DNA of 64,000 nt from Acidobacteriota bacterium (lineage in GTDB: Bacteria > Acidobacteriota > Terriglobia > Bryobacterales > UBA6623): contig JAQCLD010000001.1 of assembly GCA_027592785.1 (NCBI GenBank), positions 36,477 through 100,476 on the forward strand, given 5' to 3'. The notes beneath the pieces are model-generated. The model had not been told where the DNA came from. It made no database searches and saw nothing but the letters and a program-made list of their open reading frames with translations. Positions within the stretch are counted from its first letter, which is position 1, and every line of letters begins with the position of its first letter. Shown piece after piece: positions 11,568-20,532 of the stretch. Position numbers and translations under genes: made by a program.

Positions 11568-14500
11568 ATGTTTAATCCCCCCCGCCTCGTTGCGTTCCTC
11601 GCGGTTCTCGTTTTGATCGCTTCGTCTGCCTTAGCAGCTGATCGCGCCGCCGTTTACACGGTCATTCTCGACGGGCCGTCGGTCGGACAACAGCTTGCTG
11701 AAACCAAGCAGGCCAACGGATCGGATCCCGCTGTCAGGGAGCTAGGTCAAAGCCTTCAGGAGCGCCAGCTGCAGATCATGCCGGTTTTTGCCGAAACCGG
11801 AGCGACCGTTTTGGGCTCCGTCCACAACGTGCTGAACGCGATTTTCATCCGCGCGACTCCCGAACAGGCCAAACAGATCGGCTCGATTGTCGGCGTTTCC
11901 AACGTACTGCGCTCGCGCCCGATCCGACTACACCTCGATGCGGCCAGCCAAATCCTCAATCTGCCCGCTGCTCAAGCCCTGACAGGTGGCCAAGACGGCT
12001 CCGGCGCCGGCATCAAGATCGGCGTGATTGACACTGGTATCGACATCAGCCATCCGGCGTTCAATGATCCGAACGTCGCTCCCCCGGCCGGCTACCCCAG
12101 AGGCTTTCCCGAGGATCAGCAGTTCACCAACAACAAGATCATTGCTGCCCGCAGCTACGTCCACCTGCTCAACCCTCAAGACCCGCAGCTCTCCGCGCCT
12201 GACGATGAAACACCCCGCGACCGCGTAGGACATGGCACGGCCGTGGCCATGATTGCAGCCGGACGTCCGGTGAGTTCGCCGGTGGGAATGCTCGTCGGCG
12301 CGGCGCCGAAGGCCTTCCTCGGCAATTACAAGATTTTCGGCTCGCCTGATATCCGCGAGTTTTCGAGTGAGGCAGCCCTGGTTGCCGCCATCGACGACGC
12401 CGTCTCCGACGGCATGGACATCATCACCATCAGTTCAGGAGTCACCGCCCAGTACCCTTGGAACGAGACCTGCGGCACACAGCTTTGCGACCCAGCCGCT
12501 CAAGCGGCTCAAGCAGCGATCGACGGCTTCGGCGTGGTGGTCATTGCGGCCGCCGGCAATGCCGGCAATTCGGGACAACAGGCCTACCCGACGCTCAATT
12601 CGATCTCAAGCCCCGCTTCGGCGCCGGGCGTGATCGCCGTGGGAGCCACTTCGAGTTCGCGACGCTTCTTGCAGAGCATCAGCTACAACGGAACCACCTT
12701 GGACGCTCTGGCTGGTTCGGAGCCCGGGCTTGCCGGTCCGCTCACCGCACCGGCAGCGGATGCGATTTCGGCGGGTGACCAGTTCGCTTGCAGTGAGTTC
12801 GAAGCGGGCGCCTTTTCTGGACAAATTGCGGTGATCGATGACGGCCAGTGCCCTATTGAATTCAAGACGGACTTCGCTGCCCGAGCCGGTGCTGTCGGTG
12901 TCGTCCTGATCAACGGCGATGGCCGCAATTTTGCGGAGCGTATTCCTGGTCTGGAGACGCTGGATATCCCGACTTACACGATTGGTCATGACGATGGCAA
13001 CGGCCTGATCAGTCTGTTGGCTGTCGGCTCCGTCAGCGTCACTCTAGATCCGACTCTGAACCCCGAGACCACCCTATCCGACGACATCGCCGTATTCAGC
13101 TCGCGCGGCCCGAATCTCGACGGCGCCGTCAAGCCGGAGGTAGTGGCCCCGGGAACATCGATTTTTTCCGCCGCTCAGACTCTCGACCGCAACGGTAGGG
13201 CCTACTCTGCCGACGGATACACCTCGCTGAGCGGCACCAGCTTCGCCGCGCCGTTTGTGGCCGGTACGGCAGCGCTCGTGCTGCAACGCCGATCCACATT
13301 GACGGTCGCGCAGGTTCGCTCGGCGATCATCAACACCGCCGACCCGCTGCTCTTCGACGGGATAGACCCGGCGAGCGTATTGGCCAAAGGCGCCGGCCTG
13401 CTCGCCGCGAAAGCCGCGCTGGACACGCAAGCCTTGGTGCAACCCGCGACGCTGGGTTTCGGAGCGCTCAACGGACTCACGCTGCCGCGCCAACAGGCTC
13501 TTACGCTCAGGAACCTGGCGAGCCAGGCTCGATCCTTCACCGCCGAGGTTGTGCCCTCCGTCGCCGCCGCGACTGCCGCGATTGAGCTCGATGGGTTGCA
13601 GGAGCTGAACTTCCAACTCGGCGGCGGCGCTCAGCGCGTCATCACCGTGCGACTCACCGGCAGCATCCCAGCCGCGGGCATTTACGAAGGCGTCGTCCGC
13701 ATCACGGTCAGCGGCGGCGCTCCGCTGCTGGAGGTTCCATACTCGTTTACGGTCGGCGACGGCGTCCCCTACAACGCGATGGTGATCGCCGGTGACGACC
13801 TGATCGGAACGGCCGGAGAACCAATTCCTGAGTTGTTGATTGTCAAAGTAGTGGATCGCTACGGCCAGCCCGTGGCTAACGAGCAGGTCAATTTCTACGT
13901 ACTCGACGGCGGCGGCGCCTTCGCCTTCGACAGTCAAGGGCAGATCCTAAAAGACAACGTCACCGACCCATTCGGCGTGGCTGCCGCCGACGTCGACTTC
14001 GGCCCCGAACCTGGATTCCAAGACTTTGGCGTTGACGTGGGCGCCATCTCCATCGACTTCTTGAATGATTCCCGCGCGAAGCCGGTGATTGCCGGGATCG
14101 TCAACGGCGCGAGCTTTGCCGCCAGCGCTCCGGTTGCGCCTGGTTCAATCGTTTCGATCTTTGGCGATAATCTTGCCGAGTTTCTCGGTGGCGCGTCGTC
14201 GTTGCCCTTGCCGATCGCTCTCAAGCATGTCAGCGTCAGTTTCGACTTCCCCGAAACAGGCCTGAGTGTGGCTGCTCCGTTGTATTTCGGCAGCCCCAAG
14301 CAGCTCAATGTTCAAGTTCCGTGGGAGTTCGCGGGACACAATTTCGCGATCGTTAAAGTTCGTATTAACGACACCGTGAGCGGCACGTTCGTCTTGAATC
14401 TTCGTGATTCGGCGCCGGCGATCTTTGAGTTCAATTTCGAAGGGCAGCTGCTCGGCGTCGCCACTCATGCGAATGGCGCGGTAGTCACTCCAGCCAATCC

Positions 14501-14777
14501 AGCGAAGAGGGGCGAGACGATTGTTGTCTACGGCACCGGTTTCGGTCCCCTGCAAACGCCCCAAGCCACCGGCCAGCCGGCGTCCGGCGAGGTCCGCTTG
14601 GCCGCAACTCCCGTATCAACGATCGGCAGCGTCGCGTTTGGGGGCCTCGCTCCAGGATTCGTCGGGCTCAACCAGATCAACATCAACGTATCGCCGTCTA
14701 GTCAGTCGGGCGCACAGGAACTGCGGCTCTCGACGGGTGGACTGACCAGCAAGACCGTAACGCTTTGGGTCGAATAG
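11568..14777 (+). CDS. secreted S8 (subtilisin-family) serine peptidase with PA-domain insert and Solibacter-type C-terminal Ig-like repeat domain
   Basis: Signal peptide is present. The catalytic triad motifs are GVIDTGID (Asp), HGTAVAMIAAG (His) and SGTSFAAPFVAGTAAL (Ser). The C-terminal ~230 aa (IVNGASFAASAPVAPGSIVSIFGDNL...GLNQININV) matches my memory of the TIGR03437-type domain common in Solibacter. ATG at 11568 is preferred over TTG at 11565. Confidence 0.9.
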   Translation: MFNPPRLVAFLAVLVLIASSALAADRAAVYTVILDGPSVGQQLAETKQANGSDPAVRELGQSLQERQLQIMPVFAETGATVLGSVHNVLNAIFIRATPEQAKQIGSIVGVSNVLRSRPIRLHLDAASQILNLPAAQALTGGQDGSGAGIKIGVIDTGIDISHPAFNDPNVAPPAGYPRGFPEDQQFTNNKIIAARSYVHLLNPQDPQLSAPDDETPRDRVGHGTAVAMIAAGRPVSSPVGMLVGAAPKAFLGNYKIFGSPDIREFSSEAALVAAIDDAVSDGMDIITISSGVTAQYPWNETCGTQLCDPAAQAAQAAIDGFGVVVIAAAGNAGNSGQQAYPTLNSISSPASAPGVIAVGATSSSRRFLQSISYNGTTLDALAGSEPGLAGPLTAPAADAISAGDQFACSEFEAGAFSGQIAVIDDGQCPIEFKTDFAARAGAVGVVLINGDGRNFAERIPGLETLDIPTYTIGHDDGNGLISLLAVGSVSVTLDPTLNPETTLSDDIAVFSSRGPNLDGAVKPEVVAPGTSIFSAAQTLDRNGRAYSADGYTSLSGTSFAAPFVAGTAALVLQRRSTLTVAQVRSAIINTADPLLFDGIDPASVLAKGAGLLAAKAALDTQALVQPATLGFGALNGLTLPRQQALTLRNLASQARSFTAEVVPSVAAATAAIELDGLQELNFQLGGGAQRVITVRLTGSIPAAGIYEGVVRITVSGGAPLLEVPYSFTVGDGVPYNAMVIAGDDLIGTAGEPIPELLIVKVVDRYGQPVANEQVNFYVLDGGGAFAFDSQGQILKDNVTDPFGVAAADVDFGPEPGFQDFGVDVGAISIDFLNDSRAKPVIAGIVNGASFAASAPVAPGSIVSIFGDNLAEFLGGASSLPLPIALKHVSVSFDFPETGLSVAAPLYFGSPKQLNVQVPWEFAGHNFAIVKVRINDTVSGTFVLNLRDSAPAIFEFNFEGQLLGVATHANGAVVTPANPAKRGETIVVYGTGFGPLQTPQATGQPASGEVRLAATPVSTIGSVAFGGLAPGFVGLNQININVSPSSQSGAQELRLSTGGLTSKTVTLWVE

Positions 14778-14799
14778 CCTTGCTACAATTGCCCGCACG

Positions 14800-15291
14800 A
14801 TGAGCGAATTGCTCAAACGCATTCTGACCTTCGGGTTTCTCGGCGCATTGCTGGTTGCCGGGGCGATCTACTTCTACAACGAAGGGGCCACCCCGACGCT
14901 CGCCGGCGAGATCACCGAAGTGCGCACCTTGGCGATGGATGAGGCTTCATCCGTTGCCGTAGTGAACTTCAGCGGCACGAATACGTCGGATCGAATCGTC
15001 TTCATTCACAAACGTGAGTTGACCATCACCGATGAAAACGGCGCGACCCACATCGGCCTGCCGGTACAAGTCAGCGACGTTCAGAATCTGTTCCAGTACT
15101 TCCCGATTCTGGGCGGCATGAAGGATGCGCCGTTGTTGCCGCGTACCGAAATCGAACCGGGCGCGGAGCTGCGCGGACTCGTTGTCGGGCGGTTCGCTAT
15201 GCCAAAGCATGAATTGGATGCTCGCAAGTCGCTGGTGGTGAAGTTCTACAGCGACCAGAACCGTTCGACGGAACTCTCCGAAGTTCGTTAG
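14800..15291 (+). CDS. hypothetical membrane-anchored protein
   Basis: 163 aa with one N-terminal TM helix (ILTFGFLGALLVAGAIYFY) and then a beta-rich soluble region. I recognise no family signature. It lies 22 nt downstream of the peptidase gene. Confidence 0.6.
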   Translation: MSELLKRILTFGFLGALLVAGAIYFYNEGATPTLAGEITEVRTLAMDEASSVAVVNFSGTNTSDRIVFIHKRELTITDENGATHIGLPVQVSDVQNLFQYFPILGGMKDAPLLPRTEIEPGAELRGLVVGRFAMPKHELDARKSLVVKFYSDQNRSTELSEVR

Positions 15292-16412
15292 TTCTGGTTC
15301 TCGTACAGGAACAGGCCGCCTTTGCCCGCGACGATGATATCGAGGTCGCCGTCGGCATCGATGTCGACAACGGGAATTTGCATGCCGCCGCCAGCGCGGC
15401 CGCCGTAGTCGATGATGTGCCGCGCCCACTCCCAGGTCGCGCCGTTTTGAAAGCGCTCGTACCAGTAGACGCCGAGCGGTTCGCGTCCGCCTTCGTCGTG
15501 ACCGTTATGGGCGTACAAGCGCTTGCCGGTGATCAACTCGGGATAGCCGTCGCCCGTGAGGTCTTTCATGGTCATGGCGTGAGCTTGGGACCAGGCATCG
15601 TCAACCAGGCGTTGTGCAAAGACGCCTGCGCTGGTCTGCTCGAGCCAGTAGATGCCGTAGTCGTGCGCGTGTGTCGTCACGATGTCCGCGCGCCCGTCTT
15701 GGTTGACGTAGAAGACGTGCAAGAAGCCGACGTGTTTGTCGAAGGAGTAGTCGGCGTGGAACTTCCAGGCAGCCGTCGCGGCGGCCGGTGATTCCAGCCA
15801 ACCTTGCGGCGTGAGAATGTCGTTGCGACCGTCGCCGTTTACGTCGCCGGCGCCGATGCCGTGACCGTGGAGCTTGTCGCTGACCGTGTGGCGCACCCAC
15901 TTGACCGCCGCGCCGCGACCTTCGACCTCATACCAGGCAGTGATTCCTGCGGCTCCGCCGAATTGGGGGAGCAGTTCGTCGGCGATGCCATCGTTATCGA
16001 GATCGACGAGCAAGGCGAACTCGACGGGGGAACCGCTGTCGATTTCATGCTCTTTCCAAAGGCCTGCGCCCATGCCGGGGTTCTCGACCCAGACCATTTT
16101 CTTCTGGCCCCAGCCGACGCTAACGATGTCGATGTCTCCGTCGGAGTAGACGTCGAGCGGTAGGTCGGAGAAGTCGTCGATGTAGTTGTTCCAGTAAAGG
16201 ATGTCGCGGAAGGGATGCTTGGTCCAGTTGGGCGCCGCATACCAGTTTTCGCCGGAGACGATGTCGAGCCGGCCATCGCCGTTGATGTCGGCGACGGCAC
16301 ACGATTCGTTGCGGCCCAGGTCGATCGTGCGGCGCTCGAAGTCCAGCTCTTGCGATGGATCGCCTGCCAGGGCGGAAACGGCGAGGGTCAGGGCGATGAA
16401 CGTGATGCGCAT
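15288..16412 (-). CDS. FG-GAP/VCBS repeat-containing secreted protein
   Basis: 374 aa with a signal peptide. It has repeated Ca-binding-like DxDGDGxxD motifs (INGDGRLDIV, DNDGIADEL, VNGDGRNDIL, DIDADGDLDII). Confidence 0.85.
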   Translation of the reverse strand: MRITFIALTLAVSALAGDPSQELDFERRTIDLGRNESCAVADINGDGRLDIVSGENWYAAPNWTKHPFRDILYWNNYIDDFSDLPLDVYSDGDIDIVSVGWGQKKMVWVENPGMGAGLWKEHEIDSGSPVEFALLVDLDNDGIADELLPQFGGAAGITAWYEVEGRGAAVKWVRHTVSDKLHGHGIGAGDVNGDGRNDILTPQGWLESPAAATAAWKFHADYSFDKHVGFLHVFYVNQDGRADIVTTHAHDYGIYWLEQTSAGVFAQRLVDDAWSQAHAMTMKDLTGDGYPELITGKRLYAHNGHDEGGREPLGVYWYERFQNGATWEWARHIIDYGGRAGGGMQIPVVDIDADGDLDIIVAGKGGLFLYENQN

Positions 16413-16694
16413 GGGGGTGGGCAGATTATAGCGTCAGTAGATGGTCCGGACGCCGGTCGGTTAAGGACATCTGAGGACAGTTTTCTTGCCCGATCCGTCC
16501 CAGAGCGTCCTGGGCTGGGTATCGTTTGGCCCGCAGAATGCAATTTTCGGTCACTGTTGGCGCTGTTTCCTCTTTCATCTCAATAGGTTACGTCTTGTCT
16601 TCTGGCTTCTCGCAAGTGTTGCGTTGACCGCAGGAGACCACCGGACTTGTAGTTACTCGCCGCAGGCCGAGTGCGACAGCGGTTGAGGCGGCTT

Positions 16695-19328
16695 CTACTG
16701 CTCTCGGTCTCGGAACTCTTCGTACCAGTTCTCGACGAGGCAAAACTTTGCTTGCGGCACGTCGTCTCCCTCCAACTCTCTGGTTACAAAGCGTTGGCCG
16801 TCTGGGCAAACGTCGTACATCCAGGAGAAGATAGGGCGGAGTTGAGCGGACTCGAACAGGGTTTCGGGCAGCCCAACTCTGAAACCGGATGTCGTAAATA
16901 TGGGCGTCGCCAGGAGCGTCGTCTCCTCGACGTAGAAGACTTCCTTGCCGTCTTGAGACCAGCGAGGCGTCGTGCCGCCGTTCACGGATACGCGCCAACG
17001 GCCGGGCCCATCCGGGAACGGACGCACGTACACCTCGTCGCGGCCTGACTCGCCGGAAACATAGGCCAAGTACCGACCGTCAGGAGAAAACTGCGGCATG
17101 TTTACGTTGTCCGACGACTCTAGAAACGTCACAGGATCGGATAGGTCGCCATTCAGGCCGCGCCCTCGGTACCAAATGCCTTGCTGTCCCGCGCCCACTG
17201 TCGCGGTGTAGACCAGGTAGCGATTGTCTGGCGACCAGTCGAAGTTTCCTCCGGCCCCTTCCAGCAAGACACTTGCTTCTCCGCTTCCGTCGGCCAGTCT
17301 ACTGAGTAATTGGTTGGCGCCTAAGGCCACGTACGACAGCTCCCCGCCCGAGGGTCCCCAGGAAGGCAAGGCTTCGTTGTCGGACGAAGAAGTCAACCGG
17401 GTCGCGACATCCCGCGCGAGATCGAAGACCCAGATGTTGCCGCCTAAGCTGATGGAAATCAAGCGACCGTCGGGCGACACTGTCGGCGGCCAGCCGTTGG
17501 CGTTCCGCTGGCCTACGGTCCGTAGGGTCGCCCCCGAACGATCCCGCACCGTCAAGCGCTGCCGTGCGCCTTCGTAGTCGGCGTACAGCAGCGCGCCGTC
17601 TCGTGTGACCGACAGCCATTGGCCTGATTCTGAGATGGGGAAAGCCTCTCCGGTCGGCGCCGTTGTCTCGATCGAGAATGGCGTTGCCCAAAGGCCGCCT
17701 GAGCGCCGATAGAGCAGATGCCCACTGGGGGCATAGACCGGCACGGTGCCTTCCACAACATCGCGGCTCTCCCCCGTCTCCAGGTCGAGCGAATGGATCC
17801 GGTTCCCGGCCCGATAGAAAAGGACCTGGGAGGAGTCGTCGGTCAGAGCGAAGGAGGGAGTATACAGAACGACTCCTGGGTCGGACTGAACCAGGCTGGT
17901 CGGTTCACCGCCCCGGGATGAGACATCCCAAATGCGGTCGCCCGAGATGAAGACGACACGCGCGCCGTCCGGGCTCCACGAAGCGCCGCCGAAGTCTGGG
18001 CCAGGCAATTGACAAAGAACGGTTGCCTCGCTGCCGTCGACTGAGACTCGCCTTAGTTCCTCGTGCGTGGCGAAGACGATCGAACGGCTATTCGGCGACC
18101 ACGCGGGCGCCCGATTCGCCCGTACGCCGTTGGTCCCGGCAATGTTGCGGACGGTTTCGCTGTCGATCGGTCGAAGCCACACACTTGCGTCGTTATCCGT
18201 TTCAACAGTCAACGCGATGAAACGCCCGTCTGGGGAGATGCTGGCACGCCGGCCACCCTCCGCCGAAAACGAGAATCTGCGGACGATCTTCTGGGGATCG
18301 TCGGAAGGACCCTGAGAAACGTAGTGAGAACCCAAGACGATCAGCGCCAGGGTCGCGACCGCCGCCACAGCTTGGACCGTGCGAAGAGTCTTTCTCTCGA
18401 TGACGACTGCGCTAGGCGAGAGGTCCTGGGCAGGATCGAGCGTCTGACCCACCGCAGCCGGCACGATCTCCGTCGGACGGGCCGTCTGAAGAATCGTCGA
18501 ACGGCCAGACTTCAGCTTTTCCGATAGCGTGCGCAAGTCAACGGCAGTTTCGTTGGCGGACTGGTATCGATCGGCTGCATCCTTCGCGAGGCACTTCGCG
18601 GTCAGTAGTTCCAACTCGATGGGCACTCCGGTGCGCAAACCAGTCAGCGCCTCGGGCTCTTCGTGGACGATCTCGTAGAGCAGTGCCTGGTCGTATTGGC
18701 CCTGGAATGGACGCTGGCCCGAGACCATCTCATAAACTACACAGCCGAGCGACCAAAGGTCTGTGCGGCTATCAACCTCCATGCCTTGCGCTTGCTCGGG
18801 CGACATGTAGGCAACGGTCCCCATCGCTGTATCGACCTTCGTCAAACGTGAGGCTTCGGTGAGTCGCGCCAAACCAAAGTCCATGATCGTGGCGCGGCCT
18901 TCAGGCGAGACGATGATATTTGCTGGCTTGATGTCGCGGTGGAAGACTCCCTTGGTGTGAGCAGCCTGCAAACCCTCGGCAACCTGCCGTGCGATGTCGA
19001 GAGCATCTTTCAGTGAGAGCGGCCCTTGGGCAATGCGGTCCTCAAGCGGCTCGCCCTCCAAGAAAGCCATCGAGATGAATGTTTTGCCGTCGGCTTCACC
19101 GATTTCGTAGACGGTGCAAATGTTGGGGTGGTCGAGTGCGGCGGCGGCCTTGGCTTCACGAAGAAAGCGCTGCTTCGCCTCGTCGTCATCGAGTAGATGC
19201 TGAGCGAGGAACTTCAACGCGACCGTGCGTTCGAGCTTAATGTCCTCCGCCTTATAGACGACACCCATCCCGCCCTCGCCGAGCTTCTCGACGATGCGGT
19301 AGTGGCTGATGGTGGAGCCGATGACCAA
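16695..19328 (-). CDS. Ser/Thr protein kinase with a TM segment and C-terminal TolB-like (PD40/WD40-like) beta-propeller repeats
   Basis: 877 aa. Kinase motifs are GEGGMGVVYKA, HRDIKPANI, DFGLA and YMSPEQ. A TM helix (AVAAVATLALIVLG) follows, then repeated SPDG... propeller blades. The start codon is TTG. Confidence 0.9.
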   Translation of the reverse strand: MVIGSTISHYRIVEKLGEGGMGVVYKAEDIKLERTVALKFLAQHLLDDDEAKQRFLREAKAAAALDHPNICTVYEIGEADGKTFISMAFLEGEPLEDRIAQGPLSLKDALDIARQVAEGLQAAHTKGVFHRDIKPANIIVSPEGRATIMDFGLARLTEASRLTKVDTAMGTVAYMSPEQAQGMEVDSRTDLWSLGCVVYEMVSGQRPFQGQYDQALLYEIVHEEPEALTGLRTGVPIELELLTAKCLAKDAADRYQSANETAVDLRTLSEKLKSGRSTILQTARPTEIVPAAVGQTLDPAQDLSPSAVVIERKTLRTVQAVAAVATLALIVLGSHYVSQGPSDDPQKIVRRFSFSAEGGRRASISPDGRFIALTVETDNDASVWLRPIDSETVRNIAGTNGVRANRAPAWSPNSRSIVFATHEELRRVSVDGSEATVLCQLPGPDFGGASWSPDGARVVFISGDRIWDVSSRGGEPTSLVQSDPGVVLYTPSFALTDDSSQVLFYRAGNRIHSLDLETGESRDVVEGTVPVYAPSGHLLYRRSGGLWATPFSIETTAPTGEAFPISESGQWLSVTRDGALLYADYEGARQRLTVRDRSGATLRTVGQRNANGWPPTVSPDGRLISISLGGNIWVFDLARDVATRLTSSSDNEALPSWGPSGGELSYVALGANQLLSRLADGSGEASVLLEGAGGNFDWSPDNRYLVYTATVGAGQQGIWYRGRGLNGDLSDPVTFLESSDNVNMPQFSPDGRYLAYVSGESGRDEVYVRPFPDGPGRWRVSVNGGTTPRWSQDGKEVFYVEETTLLATPIFTTSGFRVGLPETLFESAQLRPIFSWMYDVCPDGQRFVTRELEGDDVPQAKFCLVENWYEEFRDREQ

Positions 19329-19489
19329 GCTGCGGGAATTGTAGCGCGGCGAGAGATCAGATTGGTTGGCTGGCGCGGGGTTGTAAGGAGTTGGAAGAGC
19401 GGACGGTGCGCTGAGTCGCGTGTTCCCCGGGTTGCGCTGCGCTGCACCCGGGGCTATTGGTCACGCCGCCCCTCCGGGGCTCGGGATGC

Positions 19490-20527
19490 TTACGGGCGCG
19501 GGATGTCGTCGGCGGGTCTGGCGGCTAGGGAGATGCCGGTGATGACGGCGGCTAGGCCGAGGAAGAGGCGGGCAGAGAGTTGTTCGCCGAAGAACAATGC
19601 GCTGAGGATTAGGCCGGACATGGGGGTGGTGAAAGAGAACACCGAGATGCGTCCGGGGGAGTGGGCTTTGAGTAGGCGGACCCAGAGGACAAGGGCGAGG
19701 CCGCCGACGATGAAGCCTTGGTAGAGGATGGCGGTAATCGCTTTCCAGTCAAAGGGGCCGCGGATGGAATCTCCCATGAACCAACCGCCGAGGGCGAAGC
19801 AGGGAATGCTGAAGAGCAACTGCCAGAAGACGGCGCGGGTGGAGGGCATGGACTGCACGACGTGCTGGATGTAGACGGTGCGCACGCCGACGAGGAACGA
19901 CGAAACGATGATGACCCAGTTGCCGAGCAGCGGGTGCGGGGCGAGCGTGGCGTCGGGGCGTCCGAAGGCGACGTAGGAGACGCCGACGAAGGCGATAGTG
20001 AGGCCGAGAACGCGTCTGGTGCTGAGGCGGTCGGCGGGGACGTAGAAATGGGCGATGAGGTTGGCGAAGATCGGGTTGGTGTTGATGAGCGTGACGGCGT
20101 AGGCGGGCGAGGTGAGGTCGGCGCCCCAGTGCAGTAGAGCGATCTGCAAGGTATACATGACGCCGAGAAGGCCGAGTTGACGCCGGTTGGCGGGTTCGGG
20201 CCAAAGACGGATTCCAGCGGAGCGGGCATAGATCCAGACGGCGATGGCGCTGACGGACATGCGCGCGAAAGCTGTCCAGAGGGGAGCGACGGCGGCCAGG
20301 GCGAACTTGATGGCGACTTGGTTGCCGCCGCGCGAGACCGAGATTGCGATGCTGAGCAGCGCGGTGCGCCAGGAGATGGGCTTGGTCGGTTTGGGGTCGA
20401 GCTGCACGAGGGAAGGTTCCAGGATAGCGGGGGGATCGAAGCGGTGCGGTGGCGCCGGATCGCGTCGCTTACGCAGCTGGGCTCGGGTTGGGTTGTCGCG
20501 CAGGTAGTCACGGTAATCTAGAAGCAC
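19490..20527 (-). CDS. DMT-superfamily (EamA-like) transporter; start uncertain
   Basis: The body has about 10 TM helices of EamA type. The maximal ORF starts 5 nt from the divergent pyc start, which leaves no promoter space. An internal GTG at 20407 (VQLDPKPTKPISWRTALL...) would give about 305 aa and a 125-nt intergenic region, and is at least as plausible. Confidence 0.75.
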   Translation of the reverse strand: MLLDYRDYLRDNPTRAQLRKRRDPAPPHRFDPPAILEPSLVQLDPKPTKPISWRTALLSIAISVSRGGNQVAIKFALAAVAPLWTAFARMSVSAIAVWIYARSAGIRLWPEPANRRQLGLLGVMYTLQIALLHWGADLTSPAYAVTLINTNPIFANLIAHFYVPADRLSTRRVLGLTIAFVGVSYVAFGRPDATLAPHPLLGNWVIIVSSFLVGVRTVYIQHVVQSMPSTRAVFWQLLFSIPCFALGGWFMGDSIRGPFDWKAITAILYQGFIVGGLALVLWVRLLKAHSPGRISVFSFTTPMSGLILSALFFGEQLSARLFLGLAAVITGISLAARPADDIPRP

Positions 20528-20532
20528 CCGCT

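Noticed and set aside
19425-19453. GC-rich 8-bp hairpin (CCCCGGGT-N13-ACCCGGGG) downstream of the EamA-like gene, as a terminator.
   Set aside because: There is no U-tract on the relevant strand. It could equally be a promoter-proximal structure for the kinase gene or chance complementarity in GC-rich DNA, so I did not report it as a feature.
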